A stretch of 64,000 nucleotides of DNA from a bacterium (GTDB taxonomy: Bacteria; UBA8248): positions 1,344,001 to 1,408,000 of the forward strand of contig CBDCRP010000002.1 in the NCBI GenBank assembly GCA_965221165.1. The letters run 5' to 3'. Both the position numbers and the translations under genes were made by a program. A model generated the notes under the pieces. It searched no databases and was not told where the DNA came from. It was given only the letters and a program-made list of their open reading frames with translations. This document shows, piece by piece, positions 1 through 9,293 of this stretch; positions within the stretch are counted from its first letter, which is position 1, and each line of letters begins with the position of its first letter.

Positions 1-254
1 CCCTCGATCGCGCAATCATCGATCGGCATGCCGACTTCTTTCGCGAATATCTCCACGTGCGCGGCGCCGCAGCCCGTCAGCGCGCCGAGCATGTACTCGG
101 CGGGTGTGGGGTGCTCGAACAGGCCGCCGCGCTCCACGGGTTCGTCGCTTGCGAATTCCGGACAATCCCGCGCCCGTATCCGCGCGCGCAAATCTCCCAT
201 CCATTGCGCGTTCGCCGCCCGGACGACGGTTTTCGATTCGCTTTGCTCGCCCAC
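1..254 (-). CDS. OsmC/Ohr family protein (3' end runs off the window; not in the ORF track)
   Basis: Manual translation from GTG at 254, with GAAGGGGGAG upstream: MGEQSESKTVVRAANAQWMGDLRARIRARDCPEFASDEPVERGGLFEHPTPAEYMLGALTGCGAAHVEIFAKEVGMPIDDCAIE. It contains the OsmC-type DEP...GG....PTP.EY.L.AL.GC pattern. Confidence 0.8.
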   Translation of the reverse strand, partial: MGEQSESKTVVRAANAQWMGDLRARIRARDCPEFASDEPVERGGLFEHPTPAEYMLGALTGCGAAHVEIFAKEVGMPIDDCAIE

Positions 255-349
255 CTCGGCTCCCCCTTCAAACTAAAAGGATGAAGTCCCCAGCCTACTA
301 CATCACTTCCCCGGTTCGCCATGCGGATCGGGCGGGAGGGCCAAGCCTC

Positions 350-1489
350 TCATCCGCCCTCCATCGCGCTCAGGACGGCGGATATGAACCCCAAAAAACG
401 CGCGCCCTCACGAATCCGCGCAGGAGAGAGGATATCCCGCTCGATTCCCACGTGGCGAAAACCATCGAAGACGAAGGATGAAATCGCTTCACTTGAAGTC
501 TCGCGCGCGCGATTCGCCAGCAAAATGCTCTCCGACGCCGGAATGAACGGATCGTCCCGCCCGTGCAGAAAAAATTTGCGTCCCCCCACCTTCGGGACGA
601 CGTCGCGCATCCCCCATTTCCGCAGGCGCTCCCGCTGCCCGGCTCCTTGCCGCGCATACAGGGCTTCGAAGCGACCCGGTGACTTGTTCTCCATCAAGGC
701 GATGATCGCGCGCGCGTGAGGCGGCAAACCCGCCTGCAAATCGCCCGTATCCGCCGCTTCGTCTTTTCGTTTTCTCGACACGACGGCGTCGATGCGGGCC
801 TGATGCGCATCCAGACCCAAAAGTTTCGCGTTATGGCGCAGGAAGAGCCATTTCCCGTGCCGAATGGGCAGACCCCCCGGGAAGGCGGGCCGGTTCTCCC
901 CGCCGCTCGTGGTGAGGTGTTTGAGCACGTTTTTCAGATCGTAATAGGCGCCTACGCCGATGAAGGCGGCTAGTTTCTCCCCGACCACAGGTCTCGCCGC
1001 CGCGCGAAGGGCAGGCCCCGCCGCGAAGGAAAACGCCAGGAGGCTGCATTTTTCGAAAGAAGCCGGGCCGCCTCGCGTCATCCACGAGAATACCTTCTCG
1101 ATGCGCAGAACGTCCCCATCCTCCGGGCGGAACCGCCTCATACCGGGCAAATCGGGGACGACCGCCGAAAAACCCAGCCGCGCCAGAGTTTGCGCGAAGG
1201 CGACCAGTCGATGATCCTCCTTGCCCATCGCGCTCATTCCGTGGACGAGGACGACGCACCCCCGCGCGGGCGCATCGCCCCAGGGGGGCGAGTCGAGCGG
1301 CGCATACGAATCCGCCCGGATTCCTTCGGGCGAAATTTCGACTCTTCCCGGCTTTTTCGTGAGAAGCGAGAGCAGACCGCCGCTCCGGCCCTCGAGCAGC
1401 CCCTGTACCAGCAAGAAAGAATCAACGGGGTGGCGAAGCCCCGGCGAGAACCTCGACGCGACGAGAAGAAAGACCAGGGAAAACGACAT
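350..1489 (-). CDS. Membrane-anchored alpha/beta hydrolase (start uncertain, 1489-1537)
   Basis: N-terminal hydrophobic segment, VVLVHG oxyanion motif, AFSFAAG nucleophile elbow, HGRDDPFIP (Asp) and FRHV (His). Confidence 0.7.
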   Translation of the reverse strand: MSFSLVFLLVASRFSPGLRHPVDSFLLVQGLLEGRSGGLLSLLTKKPGRVEISPEGIRADSYAPLDSPPWGDAPARGCVVLVHGMSAMGKEDHRLVAFAQTLARLGFSAVVPDLPGMRRFRPEDGDVLRIEKVFSWMTRGGPASFEKCSLLAFSFAAGPALRAAARPVVGEKLAAFIGVGAYYDLKNVLKHLTTSGGENRPAFPGGLPIRHGKWLFLRHNAKLLGLDAHQARIDAVVSRKRKDEAADTGDLQAGLPPHARAIIALMENKSPGRFEALYARQGAGQRERLRKWGMRDVVPKVGGRKFFLHGRDDPFIPASESILLANRARETSSEAISSFVFDGFRHVGIERDILSPARIREGARFLGFISAVLSAMEGG

Positions 1490-1533
1490 GAGGAGTGCAA
1501 GGTTTCGGAGGGTTGCGAGCCGCCTGAGGATGA

Positions 1534-4428
1534 TCAGCCCACCTTCTCTTTCTCGAAATATTTTTTTAGGAATCCGCCCGTATGCGACCTGGGGTTCTGC
1601 GCCACCTCTTCGGGAGTCCCCTCGACGACGATGCGGCCTCCCCCCTCCCCGCCCTCGGGTCCTAAGTCTATCACCCATTCCGCGCAGCGAATCACGTCCA
1701 GATTGTGCTCGATGATCACCACCGTGTTCCCCAGTCCCACCAGGCGCGCGAGTACGTTCAACAACCGCTCCACGTCCTGAAAGTGCAGGCCCGTCGTCGG
1801 CTCGTCCATGAGGTACATCACGTCGCGGGGCGGCTTGGCGGCCAACTGGCCCGCAATCTTCAGGCGCTGGGCCTCGCCGCCGGAGAGCGTATTCACGGGC
1901 TGGCCTATTCTGAGATAATTGAGCCCTACGTCTCTTAGAATCAACAGCTTGTTCAGCACCGAGGGGACGTGGTCGAAAAAGAACATGGCTTCATCCACGG
2001 TGAGGTTCAAGACCTCGTGAATGTTTTTTCCCTTGTATTCGATTTCCATGGCCTGGGCCTTGAAGCGCCTGCCCTCGCAATCCGGACAGCGGATGAATAT
2101 GTCGGCCATGAAGTGCATCTCTATCTTCCGTATCCCGCTTCCGGTGCAGGACTCGCACCGTCCCCCGGCGGTGTTGAACGAAAAATGTCCGGGGCCATAG
2201 CCCATGTTCCTCGCCAGAGGGGTATCGGCGAAGAGGCGGCGAATCGCGTCGTAGGCCTTCAGGTACGTGATGGGGTTGCTTCGGGGGCTTTTCCCGATGG
2301 GGCTCTGGTCGAGCAGCACCACGGAATCGAGCGTCTCGAATCCTTCTATCCGACCGAAGCGGCCGATGGGGCCCTTGCCGTCGTGGAGAATCCGCGCCAG
2401 TGCCGGGTAGAGCGTATCGTGCACCAGCGTGCTCTTGCCCGAGCCGGAAACGCCCGTGATCGCCACCAGACGCCCCAAGGGAATGTGGAGGTCCACGTTC
2501 TTGAGATTGTTCTCCCGCGCGCCCATCAGGGAAAGGTAGGAGCAACTCCCGTTATCTCGCCGTTTGATCTTTCGCGGGTTGATCTCGCGCTCGCCGCTTA
2601 AAAATTTCGCCGTCGTCGATAGCCCGCACTCATCGAGCTCTTCCCTGGGACCTGAAAAAACCACCTCGCCGCCGTGCTCGCCCGCACCGGGACCCAAATC
2701 CACCACGTGGTCCGCCTCGTTGATGACGTCACGGTCGTGTTCGACCACGAGGAGAGTGTTTCCCCTGTCGACCAGATTCTTGAGGATGTTCACCAGGCGC
2801 GCGTTGTCCCTCGGGTGAAGCCCGATGGTCGGCTCGTCCAGAATATACAGCGTACCCGTGAGGTGCGCGCCCAGTTGATTGGCCAGGTTGATCCTCTGGT
2901 GCTCGCCCCCGCTCAGGGTCCTGGTTTCCCTGTCCAGGGTCAGATACTCCAGGCCCACCTTTTGAAGGAAATCGAGGCGGTCCCGCACCAGTTTGAGAAC
3001 GTCGCCGGCGCGCGCATCCTGGTCGGGCGTCAGCGGCGGAGCCTCGAAGTACGCTCTCAATTCGCTGACCGGCATGGCGCAAACGTCGGCGATGGTGTTA
3101 GCACCCAGTTTTATCCAAAGGGCCTCGGGACGCAGGCGCGTCCCCTTGCACGAAGCGCATTTTTGCAGGCTCTGGTAGCGCCTGATCATCACGCGAACCC
3201 AGACCTTGTATTTCCTTCTTTTGAGCCTCTCGAAAAACGGATACACCCCCAAAAGCGCCCCCGAACCCTCGAACACCATCTTCTTCTGGCCTTCGGACAT
3301 CTCCTCCCAGGGAACGTGGATATCGAGACCGTCGGCCTCGGCGGCTTCCTGAAGCTGCCCGCCGAAATACCGGCGGTAGCGCGGCCTCGCCCAGGGTTCC
3401 ACCGCCCCCTGGGCGAGCGTTTTCCGGGGTTCGGGCACGATGAGCGCCTCATCGAAATTCAGCGTATTCCCGAATCCCCCGCACTCCTGGCAGGCCCCGT
3501 TGGGATTGTTGAAGCTAAAGGTGTGCGGAACGGGTTCTTCGAACACATGGCCGCAGCATTCGAGCTTCTGGCTGAACCTGAGCCTCGGCCCGTCCACGAG
3601 CTGCACTTCGGCGACGCCGACGCCTTCCCGAAACGCCGTCTCGAGCGATTCTCCCAGGCGCGCGCGGTTTCTGGACGAGAGCTTCAGGCGATCCACCACC
3701 ACGCGAATCGCACGATGATTCCCCGCGGCGGGCCTCTCTTCTCGAGGCTCGCTCTTGCGGGGACGGCCGCGTTTCTTCGCTTCGGGCGGCGGTTCGGCTT
3801 CTTTCCTCAATCTCTCGAAAAGCGGGGGGCCGACGTTCACGATCTCATCATCCACCATCACGCGGATGTAGCCCTGCGCCACCAGGGATTTGAGTTCTCC
3901 CTCAATATCCTCGGCTTCCATCGGGGCCATCGGGAAGAGTAAGAATCCTCTTGCATCCGCATAGGCGTTCAACAGGAGCGCCACCGTGCCGTCGACCGTG
4001 GCGGGAGTAACCTCGCTCCCGCAATCGGGGCAATGAATTTTTCCGGCCTTGGCGAAGAGCAGGCGCAGGTAGTCGTAAATCTCCGACGCCGTGCCCACCG
4101 TGGAGCGCGAATGGTTCACCGGGTTGTATTGCTCGATGGCGATGGCGGGGCTGATGCCCTCGATGTAATCCACGTCGGGCTTGTCCACTCTTTCCAAGAA
4201 CTGCCGCGCGTAGGTGGAGAGGCTCTCGACGTACCTGCGGTGGCCCTCGGCGTATATGGTGTCGAACGCCAGGGAGGATTTGCCCGAACCGCTAGGCCCC
4301 GTGACGACGATGAACCGCTCCCTCGGGAGTTTGAGGGAGATGTCTTTCAGATTGTGCTCCCGCGCGCCCTCGATCCGTATGTCTTCCATAAAGGCCGGGG
4401 CGGCGGGGGCTGCATTCTGGCTGTTCAT
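1534..4428 (-). CDS. uvrA: Excinuclease ABC subunit UvrA
   Basis: GAREHNLK start, two Walker A motifs (GPSGSGKSS, GVSGSGKST), LSGGE signatures, DEPT Walker B motifs and CxxC zinc fingers. Confidence 0.97.
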   Translation of the reverse strand: MNSQNAAPAAPAFMEDIRIEGAREHNLKDISLKLPRERFIVVTGPSGSGKSSLAFDTIYAEGHRRYVESLSTYARQFLERVDKPDVDYIEGISPAIAIEQYNPVNHSRSTVGTASEIYDYLRLLFAKAGKIHCPDCGSEVTPATVDGTVALLLNAYADARGFLLFPMAPMEAEDIEGELKSLVAQGYIRVMVDDEIVNVGPPLFERLRKEAEPPPEAKKRGRPRKSEPREERPAAGNHRAIRVVVDRLKLSSRNRARLGESLETAFREGVGVAEVQLVDGPRLRFSQKLECCGHVFEEPVPHTFSFNNPNGACQECGGFGNTLNFDEALIVPEPRKTLAQGAVEPWARPRYRRYFGGQLQEAAEADGLDIHVPWEEMSEGQKKMVFEGSGALLGVYPFFERLKRRKYKVWVRVMIRRYQSLQKCASCKGTRLRPEALWIKLGANTIADVCAMPVSELRAYFEAPPLTPDQDARAGDVLKLVRDRLDFLQKVGLEYLTLDRETRTLSGGEHQRINLANQLGAHLTGTLYILDEPTIGLHPRDNARLVNILKNLVDRGNTLLVVEHDRDVINEADHVVDLGPGAGEHGGEVVFSGPREELDECGLSTTAKFLSGEREINPRKIKRRDNGSCSYLSLMGARENNLKNVDLHIPLGRLVAITGVSGSGKSTLVHDTLYPALARILHDGKGPIGRFGRIEGFETLDSVVLLDQSPIGKSPRSNPITYLKAYDAIRRLFADTPLARNMGYGPGHFSFNTAGGRCESCTGSGIRKIEMHFMADIFIRCPDCEGRRFKAQAMEIEYKGKNIHEVLNLTVDEAMFFFDHVPSVLNKLLILRDVGLNYLRIGQPVNTLSGGEAQRLKIAGQLAAKPPRDVMYLMDEPTTGLHFQDVERLLNVLARLVGLGNTVVIIEHNLDVIRCAEWVIDLGPEGGEGGGRIVVEGTPEEVAQNPRSHTGGFLKKYFEKEKVG

Positions 4429-4483
4429 TGTTTCCTGATAGCTCTATGAACGATACGGGCGCGAACGAAATGACAACCAGACA

Positions 4484-4512
4484 ATATGATGCGGGGAGGA
4501 GGCAAGTGTCAA
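4484..4512 (-). promoter_or_regulatory. Putative sigma70 promoter of uvrA
   Basis: Perfect TTGACA on the minus strand (4512-4507), followed 17-18 bp later by TCATAT/CATATT. Confidence 0.4.
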
Positions 4513-4645
4513 TGGGGTCGGGTGTGTTTGGGGTGGGAATTAGAGTGGGGAAAGTCGACAAAGTATAGTCGGAGCGCAAAAAAGCAACATAGGGCTCCAA
4601 CTACAATTTGATGTTCAAATAATTCTTAAAAAATCCTCCAGGCCA

Positions 4646-5485
4646 TTAAGAGTCCACGGACAATCGTCGTCGATATTTCAGAAGGTCCTCCATTGTCACT
4701 GCATCTGGAGACACAAGGCGATAATGCTTTTCTGAAACTATTTTCACATCATCGCCATCCTGCTCAAACTCAAAAAGCGCGATCAAGTCGTCTCGCATGA
4801 GTTGCGCTCCGATTGGCCGACATATAAGAGACGAGAATTTATCCAAACAAAACGCCATGTCTTGTTCGACCTGTATTCTGTTCAGTCGATCATTCCCACC
4901 CTTGGCTTGGACAGGAATGACGTAGTGAGCGCCTCTCTTATCTATTCCGACATAAATTTCGTCAATCTCTATCTGGCCTAGTCTTTTCACGTTTGTTCGT
5001 AAATGATTCTGCAAAGAGTAACACGCAATTCCGAGAAATATGTCAATTAACCGATTATATCGAACGCGAGCCAGCACCGCCTGTTCATCACTAAACGCAT
5101 ATCTTGCTATTATTCCGGGCGTCGCGTCAGGAACCTTGGTGACGGCAAGATGTTGGTTTGGTGTCAGGGGAAGATCATTGACCAAATCGAAACGGTACCT
5201 TGATTTCCCGGCTGGGCGTATAATCCAAGTCTTACCCTCTGGCGCTTCCGCCAAGATGTTAGGTGGAAGCTCCGCCCTGTATCGGAAACTATAGATTAAA
5301 TCACCTACATTCTTGGGAATCGGAATGTTCTGTTCAGAGGCAGCCTCAATGATGTCTTCACGCCTGAATTCCACAGCGCGTTGTCCTGGCGTGTAGTTCT
5401 TTTGAAAAACAGCTTGAATAATCTTCGTGTATCGGCTTTTTGATGAAATACGCCATTCCCTCCGATTGATCAAATACCGGACCAT
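4646..5485 (-). CDS. Putative type II restriction endonuclease (PD-(D/E)xK fold); start uncertain
   Basis: Lies directly downstream of, and overlaps, a DNA methyltransferase. Motif IEIDEIY...VQAK...Q resembles a D..QxK nuclease active site. DNA is more AT-rich than the flanks. Confidence 0.7.
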   Translation of the reverse strand: MVRYLINRREWRISSKSRYTKIIQAVFQKNYTPGQRAVEFRREDIIEAASEQNIPIPKNVGDLIYSFRYRAELPPNILAEAPEGKTWIIRPAGKSRYRFDLVNDLPLTPNQHLAVTKVPDATPGIIARYAFSDEQAVLARVRYNRLIDIFLGIACYSLQNHLRTNVKRLGQIEIDEIYVGIDKRGAHYVIPVQAKGGNDRLNRIQVEQDMAFCLDKFSSLICRPIGAQLMRDDLIALFEFEQDGDDVKIVSEKHYRLVSPDAVTMEDLLKYRRRLSVDS

Positions 5486-6765
5486 TCCAACAAGACGACC
5501 TCTTCCCGTAATTCAGCGCCGGAGATAGTTGATTGCCGGGTCCGAAACAAATCAATGCCTAAAACCTTGTAGCCTAAAGATTCGGCAAGATCAGCGAGAA
5601 GCCGTCCTGTGCGAATCATAATCCTCAGGTAAGACGCTTGATCCCCGACCACGTAAGCGAGTTTCGCGCCTGGCTTGAGCACCGAACGCAAAGACGCGAG
5701 ATGCCGGAACATTCCACCGAAGTACAATTGAGTGACGCGCGGATACAGGCGTTCAAAGCCGGAAGTCTTGCCCAACTCGATGCGGCGCTTCTCTATAGCT
5801 TTGGCAATCCCTTGGATTTCAATATGGTCCATGATTGCGCGATCATCCGTATCAGATTTGTATACCCCCCGTGTATTTGACCGGACGAGATTCTGTTTCA
5901 ATCCCCGCAATTCTTTTTTATCGCGTATGAGTCCGAGAACAACAGATTCCAGCCTTGTAGTTCTCGTATAATCCTTCTCGTTTGGGTAGGGCGGTGAAGT
6001 GATCACTACATCTATGGATTCCGGCTCAAGAAGCCGACCAGCTTCCCTGGAGTCGGCTTGGAGAACATGAGCCGGAACATTGGCCTGATCTTTATGGATA
6101 TCGAGGTCCCGCGCGATTGCGCGCATACCGTCAACCCAACCCTCTAAAACCGGAACGTCCTGTTTGATTTTACCAACTCCCACTTCGGGACCGAATTTCA
6201 AATTGCTGAAACGATTTACGAGAGCGGTAGCGAGCGCGATACGCCCATATTGTCGTTCCCGGCTATTTCCGTGCCGGTCAACGACATCCAATAACGTCAA
6301 CGTCTTGTGGAGTGGGAGTGGGCTGATCGAGTTTTTTAACAACAGTTTCAACTGCTCAGACGAAAGCGAGCGCAACGAAGAAGAAGTTTTCGCCGCAACC
6401 GAGAAAAGAGGAGCATCCGCCGAATCGTCATAGCCTTGTTGCCTCAACTCTTTTCTCGCCACTGATGCAACGGTATCGGCATAATGCGAGAGTTCACCAG
6501 AATCAATGGACCATTCCGTCTTTACCATACTTGCGAAATACGCCATCGGGTTTGATTCGATTCCGATACTACGAATACCGAGCTTCTTGCACTCCACCAG
6601 CGTCGTCCCCGTTCCACAAAACGGATCGAGAACCGTATGAGATGAACCGATGTTAAACCGGGCTGCATAGTCTCGGACGAGATGTGGTGGAAATGATAGA
6701 ACGAACCGATACCAATCATGAACGGATCGATCTGCTGCTCGCAACTTGTTTTGCCCATTCCTCAT
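5470..6765 (-). CDS. Site-specific DNA methyltransferase, probably N4-cytosine, alpha motif order
   Basis: SAM-binding motif I DPFCGTGTT near the N-terminus and catalytic motif IV TSPPY later in the chain. Confidence 0.9.
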   Translation of the reverse strand: MRNGQNKLRAADRSVHDWYRFVLSFPPHLVRDYAARFNIGSSHTVLDPFCGTGTTLVECKKLGIRSIGIESNPMAYFASMVKTEWSIDSGELSHYADTVASVARKELRQQGYDDSADAPLFSVAAKTSSSLRSLSSEQLKLLLKNSISPLPLHKTLTLLDVVDRHGNSRERQYGRIALATALVNRFSNLKFGPEVGVGKIKQDVPVLEGWVDGMRAIARDLDIHKDQANVPAHVLQADSREAGRLLEPESIDVVITSPPYPNEKDYTRTTRLESVVLGLIRDKKELRGLKQNLVRSNTRGVYKSDTDDRAIMDHIEIQGIAKAIEKRRIELGKTSGFERLYPRVTQLYFGGMFRHLASLRSVLKPGAKLAYVVGDQASYLRIMIRTGRLLADLAESLGYKVLGIDLFRTRQSTISGAELREEVVLLEWSGI

Positions 6766-6923
6766 TCGAGATTATCCTTGGTTCGCATCGCGCAATTCGT
6801 CCAGTTGGGTGCGGTCACAACAATTCCCTTATTGACCTTGGCGCCACTCCTTGTCGGTTTGCGTTTTTCCCGCCATTACACTGAACAATGAACCCGGCCT
6901 ATCCTCTGGACGATTCCCTCCAT

Positions 6924-7034
6924 TCAAGCAAAGGAAAGAACCGAGCGATCCGCCCACGCTCGAATGGCGTAATGGTGAAACGGGTTGCCCGCCGTGAAGA
7001 ACCGACCGTTTTGTCTTTTTGCCTCTATCATCAT
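6924..7034 (-). pseudogene. Possible N-terminal remnant of an amino-DNA methyltransferase
   Basis: MMIEAKRQNGRFFTAGNPFHHYAIRAWADRSVLSFA*. KR.NGRFFT resembles motif X (K..GQFFT) of adenine MTases, and the frame stops before motif I. Confidence 0.35.
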
Positions 7035-7247
7035 GGCGACATGATACGATAATAAAGCGAAAACATCAACTGGGTGGGCGATTTCTTTAGAAACTATCTC
7101 ATAGTATACCCTTTTGCTTCAAGAATCACTCGGAGCGCATCGTCTCGCAAGAAGTAAAATGTCCGCCGAACAACCACCCGAAAGCCGCGGGTAAAAAACG
7201 CGCTTTTATTCCGCCTCGAATCCGGCGAAAATTCCCGCCACTCCACC

Positions 7248-8033
7248 TCAAATCGCCCTTAACCGTCCCCCGTCGACGGCGAACACGCCGCCCGAGATGT
7301 AGCTCGCCTCGGGCGAGGCCAGAAACGCCACCATCGCGCCGAATTCCTCGGGCTCACCCAGGCGGCCCAGCGGCACTTCGCGCTCCACGCGCGCCACGGA
7401 TTCCTCGAAGGTGATCCCCAGACGCCTTGCGGCGGATTCGCGGCCCTGCCTCGCGCGCTCGGTGTTGATGACGCCGGGGATGACCACGTTCACCAGAATG
7501 TTCTCCCCACCCAGAGAGCGTGAGAGCGATTTGGCCAGACCGGCTACGGCGGGCCGCATGACGTTCGAGAGCAGGAGATCGTCGATGGGTTCGCGCACCG
7601 AACTGGACAGGATGAAGAGGATTCTCCCGCCCCCGCGCCCTCTCATGTGCGGAAGCGTCTCGCGCACGAGGCGCACGGCGCTCATGACGCCCAGCTCGAA
7701 CGCATCGCGCCAGGCGTCGTCCTCAAAATCCTCGAACATCCCCCGGGGAGGGCCGCCCGCGTTCGAGACCAGAACGTCCACGCCGCCGAAATGAGCAGCG
7801 GCGCCTTGGATGAAATTCTGGACACCCGCCCGTGTGCTCACATCCGCCGCGCAATGCCAGGTCTCCACGCCGGCTTGCTTTGCGATATCCCTTGCGGCGG
7901 CGGCGCAGGTGGCCTCATCTCGCGAGCAAATGGCGACGCTCGCTCCGCGCATCGCCATCTTGAGCGCCGAGGCGCGCCCCAGACCCTTGCTGCCGGCTGC
8001 GACCAGGGCGATTTTTCCTTCCATATCTCTCAT
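7248..8033 (-). CDS. SDR family oxidoreductase (FabG-like)
   Basis: AAGSKGLG Rossmann motif, VSNAGGP and C-terminal ASYISG..FAVDGG. Confidence 0.92.
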   Translation of the reverse strand: MRDMEGKIALVAAGSKGLGRASALKMAMRGASVAICSRDEATCAAAARDIAKQAGVETWHCAADVSTRAGVQNFIQGAAAHFGGVDVLVSNAGGPPRGMFEDFEDDAWRDAFELGVMSAVRLVRETLPHMRGRGGGRILFILSSSVREPIDDLLLSNVMRPAVAGLAKSLSRSLGGENILVNVVIPGVINTERARQGRESAARRLGITFEESVARVEREVPLGRLGEPEEFGAMVAFLASPEASYISGGVFAVDGGRLRAI

Positions 8034-8200
8034 TCGATATCTCCTCCATCGCGCCCATCATCAGGACGGGCGCCTGAAAAAAATTCACGCGCCATCACGC
8101 GGACAGGCGGGTCCGCCCCTACACGAGCAAACACCCCGAACAGGACGACCACGAGGGATTATAGCGGCAGTCCCTCATCGGGACCGCCCCACAACCCCCT

Positions 8201-8398
8201 GTGGCTGCCCCCTGTCAGGACAGGCGCGGGGGCTACCCATTCAAGGTGCCCATCGGGGCGAGAATGACCTTCCCTCATCGGTCGGTCAAAGCCGCGCACG
8301 AGGACAGGACGTTCATCGTTTTCGGCCCCCAGGTGATAGTGGAAGAGAGCGGCCCCCGGATTCTGACACCCGACGCGATGGACGTGACCGCGTCGTAA
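8201..8398 (+). pseudogene. Possible C-terminal remnant of an M24 (Xaa-Pro peptidase/creatinase-fold) gene
   Basis: RMTF...IVFGPQVIVEESGPRILTP resembles the GMTF...V.VTE.G.R.LT end of M24 proteins. The upstream frame is closed by a stop at 8162. Confidence 0.3.
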
Positions 8399-8615
8399 AG
8401 ACTTCAAAAAGAGCGAGACCTTCAAAATTACTCCCCGGTCGGGTTTGACCCGCATTCGTGGTAAGGAGATGGATGAAGATTCCGTATATGGTGGCGGAGC
8501 GGTTCGGCTTGTTCAGCCGCGTGGGAATTGCGGAACGGGCGTGAGATCGGCTGACGGCCCATCTTGAATGCCGATTCTGTCGAACCCCTTGGCGCAGGGG
8601 CAAGTCAAGGGTTTG

Positions 8616-8645
8616 TTGACACAATCAGGAAACATACGATAACAT
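8616..8645 (+). promoter_or_regulatory. Putative sigma70 promoter for the selenoprotein operon
   Basis: TTGACA (8616-8621), 18 bp spacer, TAACAT (8640-8645), about 90 bp upstream of the ATG at 8736. Confidence 0.5.
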
Positions 8646-8735
8646 CAGTAATCTTATCATGACAATTCGGCATTTTACTGCGAGTTCAAACCCCGTTGAG
8701 CACGTACCCATGTATTGATTGGGGAGGAGTCTTTT

Positions 8736-9293
8736 ATGGGGAAAACCCTGATGATTCTCGATCCCTCGGGAATACCCCCTTCGATTGATGAGGTACGGCC
8801 AGCCGCCCGGCCCGCCTCCCACGAAGGAATACGCCTCGGGCTTCTCGACAACACGAAACCCAACTCCGATAAGCTGCTCTGCCGGCTGGAAGAGCGGTTG
8901 CGCGGTAAATATCCTATCGGCTCGTTCACTCACTACCGAAAGGGAGGCAGCGCGCTCCCCCTGGAGGAGGATCTGATCGAGCGGATGGCGGGTGAGTGCG
9001 ACTTCGTGGTAAACGCGGTGCCGGACTGAGGGTCTTGCACGCCGTGGAGTATCCACGACGCGATTAAGCTCGAGCAGCACGGGATACCCACTCTCACCAT
9101 CATCACGGACATGTTCGAGGCCTTCGGTCGCAAGAAGGCGGGGGCATTGGGTTTTGCGGGCCTCCCCATCGTCTCGATCCCCCATCCCATCACTGGAATC
9201 CCGATCGATACGGTGCACACACACGCGGACGAGATACTGGAAAGCGTGGCGAAGTCTCTGACGGAGACGCCATCGCCGGAAGAGAAAGAATGA
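8736..9293 (+). CDS. UGSC family selenoprotein (Sec at TGA 9027-9029), 185 aa
   Basis: ORFs 8715-9029 and 9111-9293 are in the same frame and separated only by one TGA: ...VVNAVPD-U-GSCTPWSIHDAIKLEQHGIPTLTIITDMF... RBS GGGGAGGAG precedes ATG 8736 and a hairpin follows the TGA. Confidence 0.88.
9035..9063 (+). promoter_or_regulatory. Putative bacterial SECIS element
   Basis: Stem CGTGGA/TCCACG (9043-9048/9052-9057) with a G-led apical loop (GTA) 19 nt after the UGA, and an extendable lower stem. Confidence 0.7.

Noticed and set aside
4440-4480. LexA box upstream of uvrA (two GAAC)
   Set aside because: The 11-nt spacing matches none of the SOS box types I know.
8680-8710. tRNA T-arm-like GAGTTCAAACCCC upstream of the selenoprotein
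   Set aside because: The stem is mismatched, and no D-arm, anticodon arm or acceptor stem can be built.
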